From: Macrostomum lignano
Taxonomy: Eukaryota
Assembly: GCA_002269645.1 (NCBI GenBank)
Contig: NIVC01000831.1
Location: forward strand, 124,001 to 188,000
Reading direction: 5' to 3'
DNA: 64,000 nucleotides
Positions 60,421 to 64,000 of this stretch are shown here, in pieces. Numbering within the stretch: the stretch's first letter is position 1; each line of letters begins with the position of its first letter. The notes under the pieces were generated by a model. The model searched no databases, was not told the origin of the DNA, and was given only the letters and a program-made list of their open reading frames with translations. Made by a program: the position numbers and the translations under genes.

Positions 60421-62096
60421 TAAATGTAGAGTCCTATTAAGGAATAATTTGGTTGGTAGGTAGGTTGATAGTTTGGATAGATAGGTAAGAAGATATATAG
60501 GTAGTCAGTTAGAGAGGTAGATAGGTTTGGACGGTAGGTTATCACCAGTTTGGGAGAATAGATGTGTGAAAACTCAGTTCGGTCAGCAATTAGGATACAT
60601 TTTGATTTTATACTATTTATTACCGTACTAGCAATCGTACTTGTGCAGAGGTTGCACAAGCTGGACTAGAATTCGGTCAACTCTTGGGTATTCTATTAGC
60701 TTAAATTTATGTTAATAATTGTCATGGGCTTCAGCGAAGGAAGAAGCGAGTGAGCTTAGTCTTCAGAGAGAAATGTTGTAGAAAACTCTGAACCGTTCTG
60801 TTAAATGCGAAAGTGCGCTTGACGTACGTTGGAGCGTGTGTTATATGTACTTTTAAACTTAATGGCCATGCGTCCAGTTCGTGAACCGGTAGGGAACGGG
60901 TATAGTTTTTAGTAAGAGCTATTAGTATAGTAAAAGTACGCAAGTACAAGCGCATGGATGTATTTTGCACTTAGTAGTGCGTGCGTGAAATAAGGTTGAA
61001 TAAATAGATTTGTATTGTAATAGAGCTCTCATTGTCAATGGACTAGCGGCTGCCCCCCCCCGCTACCGCCATGGTGGTGATGCTCATAATCATAAGGACT
61101 AGCAAAGGCCCTCCTCCGATAATACCGATCTGGTAACACATAAAAGTACAATGCACATAGACTAAGGGACTCGTATGTGTACTTTTCATTTTAATGCAGT
61201 CATGCGTTCATTTCGTGAACGGCTATAGGGAACAGGCAACTATATTACCATATTACGAGTAGTAGATTTAGCAGAACCTACTGATAAAAGTACACGAGTA
61301 AAGGAGGCGCAACTTCGTACACTCGTTGGTTAGCACTTAGTACAGTTGCGCGTGTGGGTAGGGTAGGTATACGTGAATCAATCAATATATTATTAAAACC
61401 GTGGTTATACGCGTAGTTTGTTTAGCACGTACAAGGCAGGAATTATTGAGTGTATTTGCGTATCGCTCTAGTGTAGGACCTTCACAGACCCTATCTTCTG
61501 TCTTCCACCCAAACTTTGCCTTGCAGCAGGTAACAGTTTAGCTATATCTATCTATCTGTACGAGCTCACGGCACTTTCTATAATCGCTCAAATGAAAGCT
61601 TTTTGACTTTTTTGTTGCATTGATTCAACCTATTCAAACCCCATAAAGCCAAAAGCCCTATTTGTAACACCATAACCTGTCAGCGCAAAAGCAAAGCAAG
61701 CGTGGGCACACGCCATGGCCGTATCCCCGCCCGATCGGATGGGAATTAGTTATTTTTCTGGTTGGACTGCTGCGGTTGGGAATAGGGGCCGATTCAGCTG
61801 AGCTAAAGCTGCAGGGTGTGGTGTGCGGTACAAAGAATCGTCTTTCTCACTATAAACTTGCTAAGTTTGAACGGCCTTGCGGCCTTGTTAGTTAGTTAGG
61901 AAGGAAAATGGAGGGACAAGTCAGGGCAAAGAAGGGTTGAGGAACTGGCGAATCGGGCTTAGGGAAAGAGAGCTAGCCTGCCTGCCCTGACTTAGCCCTC
62001 TCCTTCCTCACTTCCTGAAGCAGCGGGAACACTTGCGCGCTAGAGAGAGAATGATAGCCTTAAAAGCCCCCTCCCTTCCTTACCCAGCTGAAAACC

Positions 62097-62614
62097 CACG
62101 TGACAAGCACGCGGAGGAGGGTGGGGTGGGTGGGTGCGCGCATAACTCTCTGCGTATACTTGCGGTCGCGCTGGGCTGGGAAAGCTGCTTGCAATGTACG
62201 CGTGCCGTTTCGTGTACGACGGGGTAGTGGGGTAAATGCTGAAACAGGAAAATAGGGGGGTGGGGGAACTTGTTCTATTCAAGTTCTATCAAACTGTACA
62301 GGACAATTCGACCGCATTGACCCTTGATGTTCATTGGACAGCCCATGCTCTGGTTCAGCCCATCCATTCGTTATGTTTAGAGTAAATGCGTCACGTGAGC
62401 CATATCGGGCGTCTTTTTATGACCATTCTACTCCGCCGCTTTCCATTCGCCCTACACCTCCCTTCACCCGGGCGTTCATTGATCCGGCCTTGAAAATCAT
62501 ATGATTTAAAGCGTACTCTGCGCGCACCCTCTAGTTTAGAAGCTATTTTTAGCTACAAGGAAATCCATTACGCCTGGCCAATTGGCCTCGCTCACAATCC
62601 GCGCCTATATAAAA
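62097..62614 (+). promoter_or_regulatory. Promoter of the MXD-like gene: TATA box, CCAAT palindrome and two E-boxes
   Basis: TATATAAAA 62606-62614, GGCCAATTGGCC 62576-62587, CACGTG at 62097 and 62392; ATG at 62799. Confidence 0.55.
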
Positions 62615-62798
62615 CCTGCCTGCCGAGCGCAAAATGACGCCTCATCTCGCTGCCCGGTTCAGCATATGCGCCGCCGCTTCCCTCTCTCGCCTGCATTCCT
62701 TGAATTATTTCCGGCTAAAAAACTCCGAAGTTGTGTAAGCCAGTTTAGATTGCTATCAGTAACAAAATAGAGAAAGCAACAAAAAACTACGCAACGCA

Positions 62799-63507
62799 AT
62801 GCACCGGAAGCGACTGAGCAGCAGTACCAGCAGCAACGGCAGCGGCAACGGCCTAGTAATGCTCTACGAGGCTGCCATGCTAATAGAGCAGCAGAATGTT
62901 CGAGTGCCAATTCCAAAACCGGCATTTCCGCCTGCTAGTAAGTTTTAGTAGAACTCGCGCACTCATAATAGTCACATGGACTAGCCACCGCCCACCCCCC
63001 ACAGGGTCATGCTTATAGTCATATGGACTAGCGGCTCTCTATGGGGTCATGCTCATATAGTAATTTGAATTCGAGGCCGCCCTCATATGGTGGTCATGCT
63101 CATAGTCATTGAGTCTAGCGGCTGCCCCTCTCTTACAGTAGTCTTACTCATGCTCAAAAGTCTCTGCTTGCATTAACAGCCAGTTTGGCCAAGCCCCTGC
63201 TAGCAGCCGCACACAGTCGCAGCCGTTCAGTCAGCAACGGATCATTGGCGCTCTCATCGACAAGCTTCAATCAGCCGCAGACGGCATTCCGCGTGCCAGT
63301 TGGGTCTTCGGCTGCATCAACTCGAGTGCGCGTGGAGCCCACGGGGCATGGCGGCTACCAAGTGGTCGGGGCCTACCTGCCGCAGCAGCAGCAGCTGGCC
63401 ACTACTATTCACAATGGTGTCCCTGTCACTTCCGGTAAACGGAGCGCTTCGGGGGCGAACTCCTCTGCTAACAGTCGGACGTCGCACAACGAGTTGGAGA
63501 AGAACAG
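62799..63507 (+). CDS. MXI1: MAX dimerization protein (MXD/Mad/MXI1-like) bHLH-Zip repressor, first two exons; continues past the right edge
   Basis: Exon 62799-62937 encodes a Sin3-interaction-like helix GLVMLYEAAMLIEQ. Exon 63180-63507 ends in the basic region RTSHNELEKNR at a phase-2 GT donor. Orthology to a specific MXD paralogue cannot be resolved. Confidence 0.85.
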
Positions 63508-64000
63508 GTGGGCGTCTGTTAATTTCTGATTGGTTCAGTTTGATTGGCACCTTCTTAGTGCCAATTGAAAGGAGATATAAACTGTGTCAGATCCATGCTC
63601 ATATCTTGTTGGAATTATGAATTATTAGCTTTTTGGGAATGCCTCAAGGTAGAAACCGGAAGAACGATATTATACGGTTCATAGGATCAATAATTACCTA
63701 AAAGTACAAAGGATCGACAGTACCATAAATCACGTAGGATCAATATCCTAAGGTACAAAGAATCGATACATATATATATATTCCAAAGTACATAGGAGCA
63801 TTAATATCAGAACGGCTCAGTCATCTTCCTGAACACAGACACGCGCCTACTTGAACTTACGAAAACCGAGTGAATCACCTTATTTGGTATTCAGCCTAAT
63901 AATAGTAGTTGTGTCGCGCAATGCAAGTCCCACGCTACAGCAAGTTAGTAACATCTTATTGTATAAGTGAGTATGTTACCCCATCGTAGCTCGTACGCCC

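Noticed and set aside
63185-63529. ORF-track start (TTG) and stop for the MXD exon
   Set aside because: This is an internal exon (63180-63507); the true start is the ATG at 62799 in the previous exon.

Overview
Eukaryotic (invertebrate animal) genomic DNA with spliceosomal introns and many minisatellites. The style suggests a free-living flatworm such as Macrostomum, but that is inference only. I reconstructed gene models by hand from splice sites and reading phase. Genes: a DEG/ENaC channel (minus, 3' end outside the window); tRNA-Gly(GCC); an 11-coding-exon PTPN23/HD-PTP orthologue (minus, 30313->5075) head-to-head with a 5-exon hnRNP L-like gene (plus, 31326->43097); a disrupted secreted PAN/apple + LamG-like gene; an RNF217-like RBR E3 ligase; and the first two exons of an MXD/MXI1-like bHLH repressor. 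PTPN23 intron 8 holds an apparently intact 10.0-kb CACTA/EnSpm-type transposon (CCCAGTGG termini, AC target duplication) inserted into a (GACA)n tract. It carries a 675-aa transposase and a divergent 6-exon accessory gene. There are at least five families of non-autonomous hAT-like elements, most with readable 7-8-bp TSDs, plus a foldback-like element, LINE remnants, about 20 tandem arrays and a 1.9-kb (GATA)n run. The most interesting observations are the two-gene CACTA element, a tandem array of five pri-miRNA-like hairpins with G-quadruplex spacers in hnRNP L intron 1, CpG deserts on both sides of the bidirectional promoter, and a hAT insertion plus a possible excision footprint in the PAN/LamG gene. 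I found no CRISPR array or prokaryotic system. All counts were made by eye and array boundaries are approximate.
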